A stretch of 64,000 nt of DNA, taken from the IMG/VR virus record IMGVR_UViG_3300034358_000003. The stretch is one strand, 5' to 3'. The notes under the pieces were generated by a model. It saw only the letters and a program-made list of their open reading frames with translations, ran no database searches and was not told the DNA's origin. Positions 26,310-36,667 of the stretch are shown here, in pieces. Source of the DNA: an uncultured virus (IMG/VR IMGVR_UViG_3300034358_000003). Taxonomy: Duplodnaviria; Heunggongvirae; Uroviricota; Caudoviricetes. How positions within the stretch are numbered: the first letter of the stretch is position 1; each line of letters begins with the position of its first letter. A program made the translations under genes and the position numbers.

Positions 26310-26860
26310 TTACCCTCCTTTAGTAGTCTTACCACCTGCTCACGCCTCTCTTTCACAAGACGTGCAGGAACCTCACCCCTTTGAGTAATCCACGACTTTA
26401 CCACAACCGCAGAACCTTTGCAAATGATAATTGCTTGTTTCTCTATTGCTGCGTCTTCGTGGCTCATACCTTGACGCTCAGCCAAAGTTTTGATCTTGTG
26501 ACATGGTTTACACAGGAATGCCAAATCCTCTTTACGAACGAACACAATGCCTTCCACAAACTTCTGAATGTCGCTCACCTTCTTGAGTGAGTGTTCACCC
26601 GTCTTGTGGTCAACTTCCATGTTCTTCATGATGTGTTCTTTCTTGCAAATCTCACATACCCCGCCCCAAACTTTGGGACGCCCTTTACGCAACTTCACGT
26701 TAGGGTTTGTGATCATCTTGCGAGCTTGCTTGACAAACTCAAGCTTCACTGGATTCTTCGACCAGAGGTAACGCCGGATTCCGCCACGAATCCAGCTTAG
26801 ATACGCCGACTCTGTTTTCCAAATCTCAGGGTATTCTTCCCAAGGTTTGTACTCACTCAC
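26306..26860 (-). CDS. HNH-family endonuclease
   Basis: CEIC..EVDHK..LCKPCHKIKT. Confidence 0.8.
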   Translation of the reverse strand: MSEYKPWEEYPEIWKTESAYLSWIRGGIRRYLWSKNPVKLEFVKQARKMITNPNVKLRKGRPKVWGGVCEICKKEHIMKNMEVDHKTGEHSLKKVSDIQKFVEGIVFVRKEDLAFLCKPCHKIKTLAERQGMSHEDAAIEKQAIIICKGSAVVVKSWITQRGEVPARLVKERREQVVRLLKEGK

Positions 26861-27086
26861 GGTCAAACTCCTTCTGCCGTAGTACACAGGCATCAGTGAT
26901 CTTTTGGATTGTCCCGTTTGTTACAACGTCACCCTCCCTGATCATCGGATCATCGTAACCCAAGTACCAATATGCCCAAGCAGCGTGTTGCCAAGCCAGA
27001 GGCCGATAGACGTTGTATACGCCGTCAGCCCACTGCTGGATATACTCCCTTGAAGGCTCAACTCCAAACTCTAAAGAGCGCTTCAT
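26853..27086 (-). CDS. hypothetical protein
   Basis: ATGA-coupled. Confidence 0.65.
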   Translation of the reverse strand: MKRSLEFGVEPSREYIQQWADGVYNVYRPLAWQHAAWAYWYLGYDDPMIREGDVVTNGTIQKITDACVLRQKEFDRE

Positions 27087-28120
27087 TGAGTCACCCCCAA
27101 CTTATCAAGTAACTCAGCCACAAGAATTCGGTCATCTTTCCAACGACGCATGAAAGCACAGTCGAAATACATCTGCATGATTTCAACAGCATCTTTTGTT
27201 TGCATTTGTCCCATGTGATCCATGTAGACAACTGGTTCAGGATACCAGAGTTTGAATTGGTTGTATACAGCAGTTACAGCCTCTTTGTCGTTCTTCGCGT
27301 CTTTGAGGATATTGAACGCTGCCACTTCACCAAACGTTACACTCTTACCAGCTTTGTCTTGTTGAATCTTCCACAGGTCACACCCGTGGTAATTGTCCAC
27401 AGAATCGCCGTAGAGAGCTTGGTAGTACAACCACATACGACCAGTACCCTTGATGCCTTTACCTTCCTTGTGCAGCTCACCAAAGCCTTTGATGTAGATT
27501 GGTTTGGTCATCTTCTGAGGGTTATACAGCCAGCCAGTACATTGCAGGGCGTCTTTGTCCTCAGTCACTTGAATGATGCGTGTCTTCGATAGGTGTCCGT
27601 CATACGCACGAATAGAGGACATATCATCCACTTCTTGATCGTTAACAACGATGGCTTTCAACTCACCAATCATGTACGAACGCAACTCTTTCAGTTGCAA
27701 CGGTCGAATTGTGTTCTCACGGTTCTCTTTATACGCACCACCAAGTTTACTCTGACCAGCCCACTTGCCAACTGTAGCAACGTGAGTCATTGGAAGCTCA
27801 AGCTTGTCTCGGAAGTTGTTCTCACCGCCGATGTAAATCTCACTAGAAGAGATTCCCAATTTGGTTTGGTGTCCTTTGATCATCTCACGAATCAGGCTCT
27901 TGCCATAACTTGAGTGGCGAGCTTCTTGAACGTCCGTGATAGTGTACATGTCCTCGGTGTGTGGCGTGTCCTTCAGGAAGGCACGGAACGCTGTACGATT
28001 GTCCCAATGCTCGATGATTCCCTTCTCAATGTGTTGTGTGCTGATGGTCTTTGTTTCGTTTGCCGCCGCCGCTTTGTAAGCAATGCTGTCTGCGTCAAAT
28101 ACTAGAATATCCTCGCTCAT
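27083..28120 (-). CDS. 5'-3' exonuclease (T7 gp6/RNase H-like)
   Basis: FDADSIAY, NFR, YKENR, EVDD, DKDALQ, GDSVDN. Confidence 0.9.
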   Translation of the reverse strand: MSEDILVFDADSIAYKAAAANETKTISTQHIEKGIIEHWDNRTAFRAFLKDTPHTEDMYTITDVQEARHSSYGKSLIREMIKGHQTKLGISSSEIYIGGENNFRDKLELPMTHVATVGKWAGQSKLGGAYKENRENTIRPLQLKELRSYMIGELKAIVVNDQEVDDMSSIRAYDGHLSKTRIIQVTEDKDALQCTGWLYNPQKMTKPIYIKGFGELHKEGKGIKGTGRMWLYYQALYGDSVDNYHGCDLWKIQQDKAGKSVTFGEVAAFNILKDAKNDKEAVTAVYNQFKLWYPEPVVYMDHMGQMQTKDAVEIMQMYFDCAFMRRWKDDRILVAELLDKLGVTQ

Positions 28121-28137
28121 ATGTTTTCCTCCAAATA

Positions 28138-28161
28138 GCAAAAAGGAGGCCGAAGCCTCCG
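28138..28161 (-). terminator. intrinsic terminator
   Basis: GGAGGC-TTCG-GCCTCC plus T-tract. Confidence 0.85.
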
Positions 28162-28172
28162 ATTTGTTTCAA

Positions 28173-28424
28173 TCAATATTTAGGCACGTCGTCATCGTAG
28201 CCAGTCAGCTCTTTGTACTTCGCTTCCAGAGCACGTGCTGCATCAGTCTTCTCTTCGAAGGCGTCATTCACGTGAATCTTAGCAGCGGCTTTCACCAGAC
28301 CGATATCAATTTTGTCGATACCTTTGGCCTTGGCTTCGTCTTGCAAAGCCTTGACGTTTTCTTTGGTTGCCATAGCTTCAAGCTCAAGGCTAATAAAACG
28401 TTCAAACAATTCAGATTCTTTCAT
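28173..28424 (-). CDS. putative dsDNA-binding protein (GapR/T4 DsbA-like)
   Basis: ERFISLELE..KENVKALQDEAKAKGID pattern. Confidence 0.5.
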   Translation of the reverse strand: MKESELFERFISLELEAMATKENVKALQDEAKAKGIDKIDIGLVKAAAKIHVNDAFEEKTDAARALEAKYKELTGYDDDVPKY

Positions 28425-29230
28425 TAAATACCTCCAGTACGGTAAGCGGTTGTGGCAGCAGAAGCTTGCATGTATGCAACTTCCATACCTTTGGTATCAG
28501 CAGTGAACCCACGGGTCATACCCGCAGCCAAACCGAATGTGTGACCTACAGCCACTTCATCAATGTTTGCAGCAAGGAACACAACTTGGTAGCCCTTCGC
28601 TTCAACCTGCTTAACAAGCTCTTTCACTTGAGCGGCGGTGAAGTCTGTAGAGACGTTTTCATAACCATCGGTGAAGATGTTGATGATTGCCTTCTCAGGA
28701 GCTTCACGCAATACTTTGGTGAGTGCCGTGCCGATTGCATCGTTCATTGCAGTGCCACCAGAAGGGCGATAGCTTTCATTGGTCAGGTAGTCCACTTGCT
28801 CAATGTCTACGTTGTCCAGTACCACTTTGACAGTATTTGCGAAGGTGATCAGAGTCACGTCAGCTTTACCTTCAACTTGCAGTTGGTCATCAATCAACTT
28901 GTTGAAGCCACCGATAACGTCAGACTGAAGAGAACCCATGCTGCCAGATTCGTCAATGACGAAAACGATCTTGATTGCTTCTTGAGCAAAGCTGTAGTTC
29001 TTGCGGTCGAGTACAGACCATTTGCTGATACCCAGAGATTCGATAGTGCATTGAACTGGCACTTGCAGGCGGCGAACTTGAAGACCGTCACCAGATTGGT
29101 AGCTGTCGCCCAGCTCATCTTGATTATCATCCATCAGTTGGATGAGTTCAGCATCGAAGGTGTATTGGATGCTTTGGCTGCCATCACCGGAATCAGTGAT
29201 AACCATGAAAAGTGTTTTTGTCTCGCTCAT
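28424..29230 (-). CDS. von Willebrand A domain protein with N-terminal extension
   Basis: MIDAS motif IDESGSM, GGTAMNDAI, FTDGYEN. Confidence 0.9.
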   Translation of the reverse strand: MSETKTLFMVITDSGDGSQSIQYTFDAELIQLMDDNQDELGDSYQSGDGLQVRRLQVPVQCTIESLGISKWSVLDRKNYSFAQEAIKIVFVIDESGSMGSLQSDVIGGFNKLIDDQLQVEGKADVTLITFANTVKVVLDNVDIEQVDYLTNESYRPSGGTAMNDAIGTALTKVLREAPEKAIINIFTDGYENVSTDFTAAQVKELVKQVEAKGYQVVFLAANIDEVAVGHTFGLAAGMTRGFTADTKGMEVAYMQASAATTAYRTGGI

Positions 29231-29290
29231 GTGTTGCTCCTTTGTATGTTTGGTGAAGAGGGCACATCATATAGACTGTGCCCATCCATG

Positions 29291-29710
29291 TCAACCGTTT
29301 AATGCTTCGCCATGTTCAACATGCCAGAGCGAATGACATTTACTGCACAACCACCTAACCTCAAGAGGCTTATCGTAGTCATCGTGATGTCCTTCTATAC
29401 CCAAGCTACTTGAACACAGTTCACACTGCTCTAACTTGACTATTGTCCCATTCTTTACAGCACGGTGAATTGCTTGATGAGCCTTGTACTTCTTAGGATT
29501 CTCAGCTCTGTACCTGCGAAGGTCTTCCGCATTCTGTCGATTGCCTCGTTTCCTATCATACTCTTGAACAGCAGGGTTAACTTTCCGTCTGGTTTTTACA
29601 TCAGTCTTCGTGCAGTCCTTACATTTATTCAAGTGACCATCAGCCATCATCTTGTGCTTGTAGAACTCAGATAGGGGCTTTTCAGCCCCACACTTGAAAC
29701 AACTCTTCAT
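29291..29710 (-). CDS. HNH-type homing endonuclease
   Basis: CFKC..CKDC zinc motif; CELC..HHDDYDKPLEVRWLCSKCH. Confidence 0.8.
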   Translation of the reverse strand: MKSCFKCGAEKPLSEFYKHKMMADGHLNKCKDCTKTDVKTRRKVNPAVQEYDRKRGNRQNAEDLRRYRAENPKKYKAHQAIHRAVKNGTIVKLEQCELCSSSLGIEGHHDDYDKPLEVRWLCSKCHSLWHVEHGEALNG

Positions 29711-30711
29711 CAGAATGGTACAGAGTCTTCATCGAAGTCATCACTATCAGGTGCCGGAGCACTTGGAGCGATGCCAGCTACAGGCGTTGGTGCCTGAGCA
29801 GGTGCAGCTTGGGCGTTACCACCCTCCAACGCTTCCAGCTCACCTTTGAGGATGGAGCCTTCGTAGTTGTTTGCACGCTTGATGTGGTTCTTAATGCACA
29901 CACGCAGTTGCTTCACAGCTTCTGCATCGTTAGGTGCATACAGGTTAACACCGTACAGAGTACCTTCTGGAGCTTCAGGCAGTGGAACACCTTCTGGAAC
30001 CATACCAACCAGCTTAACTACTTCAGTGAAGTACGATGTGCCAGCGGCTTTACCCGGTTTCATGTACACTTGGAACTGGAACTGTGCAACCTTACCCAGC
30101 AACTCACCGATGCGGTTCTTGGTGAACAGACCGTTAGCGTCCAGCAGGCCACAGGCGTCAGCCAGTTTGTGCAGGCCGTTGTTCTTGGCGAAAGCCCAAG
30201 TCGATTTACCACCACCCAGATCGTGTTTGGTTTCACGAATGTTGTATGGGGATGCAACGATTTTGGTCTTGTCACCCGGCAGAGTGAACTCACGGTTCAG
30301 CAACAGACGCAGAGGTTGCGGGTTGCTATTGCCGAAATACTTGCCCTTGTCAACCATCACTTGCGGGAAGTCAATGGTAACTGCCATTTGTTGTACAGCC
30401 TTTTGAGGCCAGCACTTCAGACGTGCCGGTTTACCCTTGTCATCGAAACCATCTTTGAAGTATGTTGCAGGCTTTTCAGCCTTTGCAGCTTCTTCAGCAG
30501 CAGCATCACCAAGGAACACTTGTTCAGCGTCGTCAAGGTTTTGCTCACCGAGGTCGATGATACCCGAAATTACGCCCGGTACAGAACGTGGTTTGTCTTG
30601 GGTCTTTGCCATTTCAATGACGTGGCTATTCAAGCCATCCCAGTCAACTTCACGCTTTTGTCCGCCAGCGGTTTGAGTAGTGGTAGTTGTTACGAAAGTA
30701 AAGCCTGTCAT
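29710..30711 (-). CDS. putative single-stranded DNA-binding/replication protein
   Basis: Acidic SSB-like tail DSDDFDEDSVPF; position in the replication module. Confidence 0.65.
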   Translation of the reverse strand: MTGFTFVTTTTTQTAGGQKREVDWDGLNSHVIEMAKTQDKPRSVPGVISGIIDLGEQNLDDAEQVFLGDAAAEEAAKAEKPATYFKDGFDDKGKPARLKCWPQKAVQQMAVTIDFPQVMVDKGKYFGNSNPQPLRLLLNREFTLPGDKTKIVASPYNIRETKHDLGGGKSTWAFAKNNGLHKLADACGLLDANGLFTKNRIGELLGKVAQFQFQVYMKPGKAAGTSYFTEVVKLVGMVPEGVPLPEAPEGTLYGVNLYAPNDAEAVKQLRVCIKNHIKRANNYEGSILKGELEALEGGNAQAAPAQAPTPVAGIAPSAPAPDSDDFDEDSVPF

Positions 30712-30785
30712 GTATATCTCCTATCTTAAAACCCACTATTGGGCGATGTGGGGCCACTTGACCCCGATGAACGCTAACCCGTCGA

Positions 30786-31235
30786 TTAGCGAATTTCTTT
30801 GACAGCAGCGTATTGGAAGATGCGAACACCTTTACGCTTACCACCGAGTGCCGACTTCAACTCACGTGCAAAATCACGATCTGCTGTAGAGGCATAGATG
30901 TCGTCATCAGCGTTCAGAACGCCGTAGATAACTTTGCTTGGCAGGGTTTCGTCCGAAGCTTCATCAGCTTCTTCAACGATCACTGGAGCCTTAACGGCTG
31001 GAGCTTCGACAACCACTTTCTTCTCGACAGCCTTTGGAGCTTCAACAAGATCGTAGTGCTCAGGAAGCAGATACTGGGTTTCGCCTTCTTCGTTACGGAA
31101 CAGCGACCAAGTACCACGGTGATGAGTACCGAAGTCAACGCCTTCAGAAGTAGCGAGAGCGCCCGCTTTGAACGAGTGGTCGTAAGTCTTTGCGGTATGA
31201 ACCTTGACAACAACACCTTTAGAAACTAAAGCCAT
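30786..31235 (-). CDS. hypothetical protein
   Basis: GGAGG RBS. Confidence 0.75.
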   Translation of the reverse strand: MALVSKGVVVKVHTAKTYDHSFKAGALATSEGVDFGTHHRGTWSLFRNEEGETQYLLPEHYDLVEAPKAVEKKVVVEAPAVKAPVIVEEADEASDETLPSKVIYGVLNADDDIYASTADRDFARELKSALGGKRKGVRIFQYAAVKEIR

Positions 31236-31267
31236 TTGAATCCTCCTTCGTATATTGAATGCGTATC

Positions 31268-31465
31268 TTACAACGCTTTTTCGTCAGTGTCAAGCAGTTC
31301 ATCGCTGATTAACTCAACTTGATCATCAGCGACTCTTTGCATAATACCACGTTCATTCTTGTACAAGTATGTCCCAAGAATCTCCGCTGAGCTAATACGC
31401 TCTATGATTTCTCCCAGAGCGTACATATGATAGCTGTCTTTCTTTAGAACCCTATACAGGCTCAC
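31268..31465 (-). CDS. hypothetical protein
   Basis: GTGA-coupled. Confidence 0.6.
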   Translation of the reverse strand: MSLYRVLKKDSYHMYALGEIIERISSAEILGTYLYKNERGIMQRVADDQVELISDELLDTDEKAL

Positions 31466-31743
31466 GCCAGCAATTCTTTGAAACGTTCAGCGACACGACC
31501 CAGACGGGAGTGAGACTCTTTAGCCGATTCCAGCAAGCGTTGACGCTTCTCGATTTCAGCTTCGTGCTCTGCGGTTTGCTTGGCAATTTCAGCCTGAGCA
31601 GTTTCCAGATTGGCTTGAGCCTGAGTGAAGCCCGCCAGAGCGTCATTCATCAGTTGCTCTGGAGTTTTGCCAGCTTTCTTGGCAAACATACCAGTGAAGT
31701 CGAAAGCCGAGGTGCCAACAGTTGGTTCGTTACGTTGAGTCAT
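31462..31743 (-). CDS. coiled-coil protein
   Basis: Heptad pattern; AAGGAG RBS. Confidence 0.75.
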   Translation of the reverse strand: MTQRNEPTVGTSAFDFTGMFAKKAGKTPEQLMNDALAGFTQAQANLETAQAEIAKQTAEHEAEIEKRQRLLESAKESHSRLGRVAERFKELLA

Positions 31744-31768
31744 TGTGTTTCTCCTTTAAATTGATTTA

Positions 31769-32161
31769 TTACAAGCCGAGTTTTACATCAATATCTGGCA
31801 GAATTGCCGATGGTTTGAATACCACCTTGTAACGATACACGCTTACGTTAGCTTCTTCCAGTTGCTCAGAGAAGAACGTCACGTTGTCAGACAGGCCAAG
31901 CGAGTGCTTCTTGTAGCTGGCAGGGCCAGTCTTACAGGTCACGTCAAGCTTTCGTGCATTGCTCACATCGAAAGAGCAGCGACCTTCAATCGACAGCAGG
32001 TAGGTGTCGGTCATACCGTTCACAAACACAATCCGCCGTGTGATTTGGAAGTTGTCAGCAGCCTGACTCAGGTTACGAGATGCCATGTTAGCATCATTGT
32101 CACAACCAGTCAATAGTAAAGCTGTTGCCAGTGCGGTTGCCATCAAGATTTTCTTGAGCAT
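31769..32161 (-). CDS. phage lipoprotein
   Basis: LLTGC lipobox; ASRNLSQAADNFQITRRIVF. Confidence 0.8.
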   Translation of the reverse strand: MLKKILMATALATALLLTGCDNDANMASRNLSQAADNFQITRRIVFVNGMTDTYLLSIEGRCSFDVSNARKLDVTCKTGPASYKKHSLGLSDNVTFFSEQLEEANVSVYRYKVVFKPSAILPDIDVKLGL

Positions 32162-32229
32162 TTTTGTTTCCTCTAGTTCGTTTCGATGTGGTGAATTGTA
32201 GGGGCTTCCATGCCCCGTGTCAACCCCTA

Positions 32230-34530
32230 TTAGTGAATATCGCTGTAACGATCACCAAATTGTGTTTGGCAGCCAAGCTTACGGCGAAGGTTGTAGTCCT
32301 TGTTTACCTTCTCCACAGCATCCTCAATGATCTTAGAGATTGCCGCACGGTTCTTCTCACTGTCACCCAAGCAGATAATACATTCGTCGTGGAACGATCC
32401 TGTCAGAGTCTTACGACCAAACATTTCTACCATCGCTGTAAGGATATTATCAACCCACATATCGAAGAAGTACGATCCTGTGCCTTGAGCCAGAGTCGAG
32501 AAACGGTCAGCCTCAGAACGCAAGCTGTAGCAGAACCCATTTACAGGGTTGATCAGCCACTTGTTGCCACGGCTGTCTTTAAACACCACCTGCTCTTCTG
32601 CAATGGCCTTCACAGACCAGTTCAGTTCCCAGTAGGCCGTGTGTAGCTTCTTACCTGTCTCAAGGCTCTGACCAGCGGCCTGTGCGATCTTAGCAGCACC
32701 CGCGTTATACACGGAAGCATAGTTTGTGGTCTTACCGTCCTTACGACCTTTCTTCACGTGAGGTGGATGACTACCTTTCGGGTCAGCCATAAACGCATCA
32801 AACTCAGACTGCGTAATCATCATAGCTGTCAATGCCATGAGGATGTGCGGGTCGAAGCCGTCAGCCTGCATTGTAGCAACGTAAGCAGGGTCATGTGGCA
32901 GCATAAAGTGGTGCTTTACACGGTCTTCCAGCGAAGACATGTCAGAGCCAGCCAGAATCTTTTTGATGCCTGCAATCAAGCTCCCACGAATGTCATAACC
33001 ATAAGGCTTATCAACACCCGGAAGGTTTACCAGTTCACGGTGCTTAACACGCAAGGTATTTGTAAACCCACCAATGCGAGCTTTCAACCACTTACCGTCA
33101 ACCATGTCACGAAAGAAACCCTTCAACACGTTACGGCGGTTCTCAGCAACCTTGTAGTGTGCGTAAACCTTAATCGCTGGCACTTCTTCAGCCAGATCAA
33201 TTAGAGAGTGGCACAGCTCTTTACCATCGTCACCACCAACCGAGATTTGTGGGATTGCACGTTCTTCAGGTCGGCTGTTCTTCCAGTGTTCCCACTGGCG
33301 ATGGTTGGCCTTGCCTTGTGGCTTGTTTGCGATCCAAGCGTCAAACGCAACTTCGTCTTTCTCGTACTTGAAGGACTGAGGAACCCAACCTTTCGAGAAC
33401 AAGAAGTCCTTAACCTGTGCAGGGCTACCCGGATTTGGCTCTTCGTTCTTATTCCATACGCGATAAGCTTGCTTGCCTTCAACTGGTTCGTCTTCTGAGT
33501 TGATGTACACCAGTGGTTTGCCAGTCTCAGGATCAACCTCACCAGACTCAAGCTGACGCATGGTTTCATCCCAGCGTACCCAGTGGCTGTTACGCTCGCC
33601 GTTCTTCTTGAATGGGTCGGCCTTTGGCTCAGTCTTCTTGACATATTTTGGAACCATCGGCATGACTTCGATCAAGCCTTGACGTGCTTCCAGTACAATC
33701 GCTTCCAACTTCTCAAGGGATACTCGGCAATGCTCAACGTCAACTTCCCAGCGAGTATCCTCCTGAAGTGCCACACAATCCATCTTGAACATCAAGAAGG
33801 TGAGGATACTGTCGATTGCAGAATCCACAGAGCGCCCAATCATATCGTCAATCGGAATCCACTCATCAGGGCTGATGCGAGTGCCACCAACGTTCAACAC
33901 TTTCTCAAGGTTGCCCTTCTTGTCACGGATTTCTTGACCGTTATCAATCAAACCCTGTGCGATTCTGTACATATCAACCAGACGTTCTTTGTGGTCTTCC
34001 CACAGAGCAACGTTGATCTTAACGTCTTCTGTACAACGGTGTTCCATTCGATCAAGGAACTCTTCAAGCGATTCGTCTTCGCCCTGTTCCCAGCTATCAA
34101 TCACTGGTTTTGCAATGCCGTAGTCATCGAAGAAGCTGTCCAGACCGTGTACGTTACGATCAGGACTCAAGTACCACGACAGAGCTAAGGTGTCAATCAC
34201 CATCAACTTATCAAGGTCAACTCCAGCAGCTTCCAACTCAGCAGCCAACAACATCTTGACCAGCTTGGCGTCGTAGCCAATACCGTTGTGCATCACAACT
34301 GGGATGCTGTTGTCAATATGATATTTGAAGAAAGCTACAACTTGAGCTTTGTAGTCACGGCCAGAGCGGTCAACCTTATCCCGGCGAACAGTCGCCTCAA
34401 TGAATGCCCCTTCTAGCTTTGGGCTCTTCATCTTGTAAGACATGACGTGCATTGTGGTCACGGTATCGAGCAAGCCATCTGCTTCAAAGTCGCAGACAGA
34501 CGCCAGATTCCAGTTAATGATTTGTTTCAT
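32230..34530 (-). CDS. DNA polymerase family A with 3'-5' exonuclease
   Basis: DFEADGL, HNGIGYD, DMSSLEDR (motif A), RKDGKTTNYA (motif B), FHDE (motif C). Confidence 0.95.
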   Translation of the reverse strand: MKQIINWNLASVCDFEADGLLDTVTTMHVMSYKMKSPKLEGAFIEATVRRDKVDRSGRDYKAQVVAFFKYHIDNSIPVVMHNGIGYDAKLVKMLLAAELEAAGVDLDKLMVIDTLALSWYLSPDRNVHGLDSFFDDYGIAKPVIDSWEQGEDESLEEFLDRMEHRCTEDVKINVALWEDHKERLVDMYRIAQGLIDNGQEIRDKKGNLEKVLNVGGTRISPDEWIPIDDMIGRSVDSAIDSILTFLMFKMDCVALQEDTRWEVDVEHCRVSLEKLEAIVLEARQGLIEVMPMVPKYVKKTEPKADPFKKNGERNSHWVRWDETMRQLESGEVDPETGKPLVYINSEDEPVEGKQAYRVWNKNEEPNPGSPAQVKDFLFSKGWVPQSFKYEKDEVAFDAWIANKPQGKANHRQWEHWKNSRPEERAIPQISVGGDDGKELCHSLIDLAEEVPAIKVYAHYKVAENRRNVLKGFFRDMVDGKWLKARIGGFTNTLRVKHRELVNLPGVDKPYGYDIRGSLIAGIKKILAGSDMSSLEDRVKHHFMLPHDPAYVATMQADGFDPHILMALTAMMITQSEFDAFMADPKGSHPPHVKKGRKDGKTTNYASVYNAGAAKIAQAAGQSLETGKKLHTAYWELNWSVKAIAEEQVVFKDSRGNKWLINPVNGFCYSLRSEADRFSTLAQGTGSYFFDMWVDNILTAMVEMFGRKTLTGSFHDECIICLGDSEKNRAAISKIIEDAVEKVNKDYNLRRKLGCQTQFGDRYSDIH

Positions 34531-34592
34531 TTGTACTCTCCTTAAAACGACGAAAGGGATCATACCTAAGCATGATCCCCCTGTCAACCTAC

Positions 34593-36500
34593 TTAATACT
34601 TCGGTTCGTAGCTGCCTTGGCTGTCGCCATCTTCACCACGCATTTCGTACTCTTGACGCTTGTCTGGGTTACGATCAAGGTAGTCTTCCAGATCGTGAAC
34701 CGTGTGAGTCGCGTTATCGTAGTAGTACTTCCCAGCGTTTGGAGATGTGTTACCAGTCCAACGACACTTGGTCATCTTCATGCTTGTGATGTTCCGCTCA
34801 ATCTCGTTCTCAGCTTCCTTGTTACGTGTGAACAACAGGTTACACGCAGCAGACTTAAAGATAGCAGAACTACCTTGGAAGTCCTCTTCAAACAGGTCAG
34901 CACCAGCCGAGTTTTGCTTGCCACCACCAGCGCTCTTACGAACGTGGTTAATCAGAATGAAGCTTACGTCATGGGATTTCACCATGCCTTTCAGCCACTT
35001 CATGAAGACAGCCTGCTCTTCGTTGCTCATACCGTCCATGATGTCTTGGAGAGGGTCAATGATAATCACCTTGCACTCACATGCAATGATCAGGTTCATG
35101 ATCTTCTCTTTGATATCGTCCAGAGAGCCGTCACGCTCTTCAATCAAGTGCCAGCGGTGACTGCCATCAGCTTTGAAGAACAACTCTTGTGCAGCGTCCT
35201 CAGCCTCTTGAGACTCAAAGAATGCAATCTTGTCAGCATCAGTCATAAGGTCAATTTTCTTGCCCATATGACGCGACAGCATCTTGTTCCCGTACTGTGC
35301 ACAGTCACTTTCAAGCGATAGAACACCCGGCTTGTGTGGACTATTGAAAATCCAGTGGTAGACACATTCATCTACGTGTGTGGATTTACCCGTACCAGAA
35401 GCACTACCCAAGTTGACAATCACTTTGAGTGGAATACCACCACCCATCATATCTTGAACACGGTGCATGTAACGTGGCAGTGGAATCTTTGGAATCACAG
35501 CCGCTGCTTTCATCAGTTTCATCAGGCTACCAGAACCGACAATACCCGATGGAGTGTAAGGCACAGCCTTATAGAACTCTTGAACGAAGGTGAACTCCTT
35601 GCCTACTGCTACGCCTTTATCCTTGTCCCACATGTAGCTGTTAGGGTCTTTCATGGACATTTCCATGACGTATGCCTTGCCCTTCGGCAGAGCCTTACAG
35701 ACCATCTCAGTAGCCTTACGTCCAGCTTCGTCGTTGTCCATGCACACGATGATGCGTTCGAAGCGGTTGAACCATTCGTACTGCAACACAATCTGCTTCT
35801 CACAGCCCGTCTCACCGATAGTAGGCGACACAACTGGAGTTGGGTCATAGCTTGTACCGTTCTTCGCGTTGGAGCGTGCGTTGCTGTCGGCCAACATCTG
35901 GAATGCAGACAGTTGGTCAACCTCACCACCAACAATCAGACAGTATTTACCACGCTGACGAATGAACTTGAACTGACCGAACAACTGACACTCACGTCCT
36001 GTTTCACCCAACGCTCCTTTAAAGTCTTTAGGGTGTTGCCGACGCTTGTAACCAGTAAGTACAAACCCGTGGTCGTTCTCAGCTTCCATCGTTGCTGGGT
36101 AATACTGGACGCTAACCGCACCTGTCTGAGTATCAAACTCATGACGTACACCAAATGCTGCTGTCGTATCCTTGCGAATCCCACGATACCCTTTCGAGTC
36201 AGTGGATGTCACCTCCTTCATTTTTGCATGGATTTCATCGTTAAACTCAGCACCCACAATATTGTACTCCTGCTCTTCTACCACACCATTTTCTTCCAGC
36301 CATTCCTCAGAAGGAATAGTGAAACCACCACAACCACCAAAGCAATGGGCGCCTTTGTGGCGCCCAACATCGTCACACCCATATACCATCAGGTTGTCAC
36401 CAGAGCGATCCATGCCCTTTTCTTCACACTTTGGACAGCCGACCTTTCCATATGTGTACAGGTCGATTCCATATTTCTCAGCTAGTTCAATACTTGTCAA
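34593..36500 (-). CDS. DNA primase-helicase (T7 gp4-like)
   Basis: CPKC zinc domain; TOPRIM GGEVD and DNDEAG; Walker A SGTGKS; IIDPLQD; NHVRK. Confidence 0.95.
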   Translation of the reverse strand: MTSIELAEKYGIDLYTYGKVGCPKCEEKGMDRSGDNLMVYGCDDVGRHKGAHCFGGCGGFTIPSEEWLEENGVVEEQEYNIVGAEFNDEIHAKMKEVTSTDSKGYRGIRKDTTAAFGVRHEFDTQTGAVSVQYYPATMEAENDHGFVLTGYKRRQHPKDFKGALGETGRECQLFGQFKFIRQRGKYCLIVGGEVDQLSAFQMLADSNARSNAKNGTSYDPTPVVSPTIGETGCEKQIVLQYEWFNRFERIIVCMDNDEAGRKATEMVCKALPKGKAYVMEMSMKDPNSYMWDKDKGVAVGKEFTFVQEFYKAVPYTPSGIVGSGSLMKLMKAAAVIPKIPLPRYMHRVQDMMGGGIPLKVIVNLGSASGTGKSTHVDECVYHWIFNSPHKPGVLSLESDCAQYGNKMLSRHMGKKIDLMTDADKIAFFESQEAEDAAQELFFKADGSHRWHLIEERDGSLDDIKEKIMNLIIACECKVIIIDPLQDIMDGMSNEEQAVFMKWLKGMVKSHDVSFILINHVRKSAGGGKQNSAGADLFEEDFQGSSAIFKSAACNLLFTRNKEAENEIERNITSMKMTKCRWTGNTSPNAGKYYYDNATHTVHDLEDYLDRNPDKRQEYEMRGEDGDSQGSYEPKY

Positions 36501-36667
36501 GCAGTTCCCTCCAGAATTGTAACCACAACTGCCAAAGCGGTCAGCTCAGAATACTCATCAAGAAGAGCACGCTTCGCATTAACTGCCTCGTACATGTAGT
36601 TGAATTTGATGATGTCGGTGGAAGAACCAAAGTCTGTGATCACCGTTACGTGCAATGTAACACTCAT
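36497..36667 (-). CDS. hypothetical protein
   Basis: ATGA-coupled at both ends. Confidence 0.6.
   Translation of the reverse strand: MSVTLHVTVITDFGSSTDIIKFNYMYEAVNAKRALLDEYSELTALAVVVTILEGTA

Noticed and set aside
32230..34530. Intein or intron in the DNA polymerase
   Set aside because: Continuous frame with no splice-junction or homing motifs; the insertions look like thumb or exonuclease loops
28466..36485. Long plus-strand ORFs (28466-29302, 29809-30729, 34572-35321, 35334-36485)
   Set aside because: Antisense shadows of well-supported minus-strand genes, with no recognisable motifs or RBS
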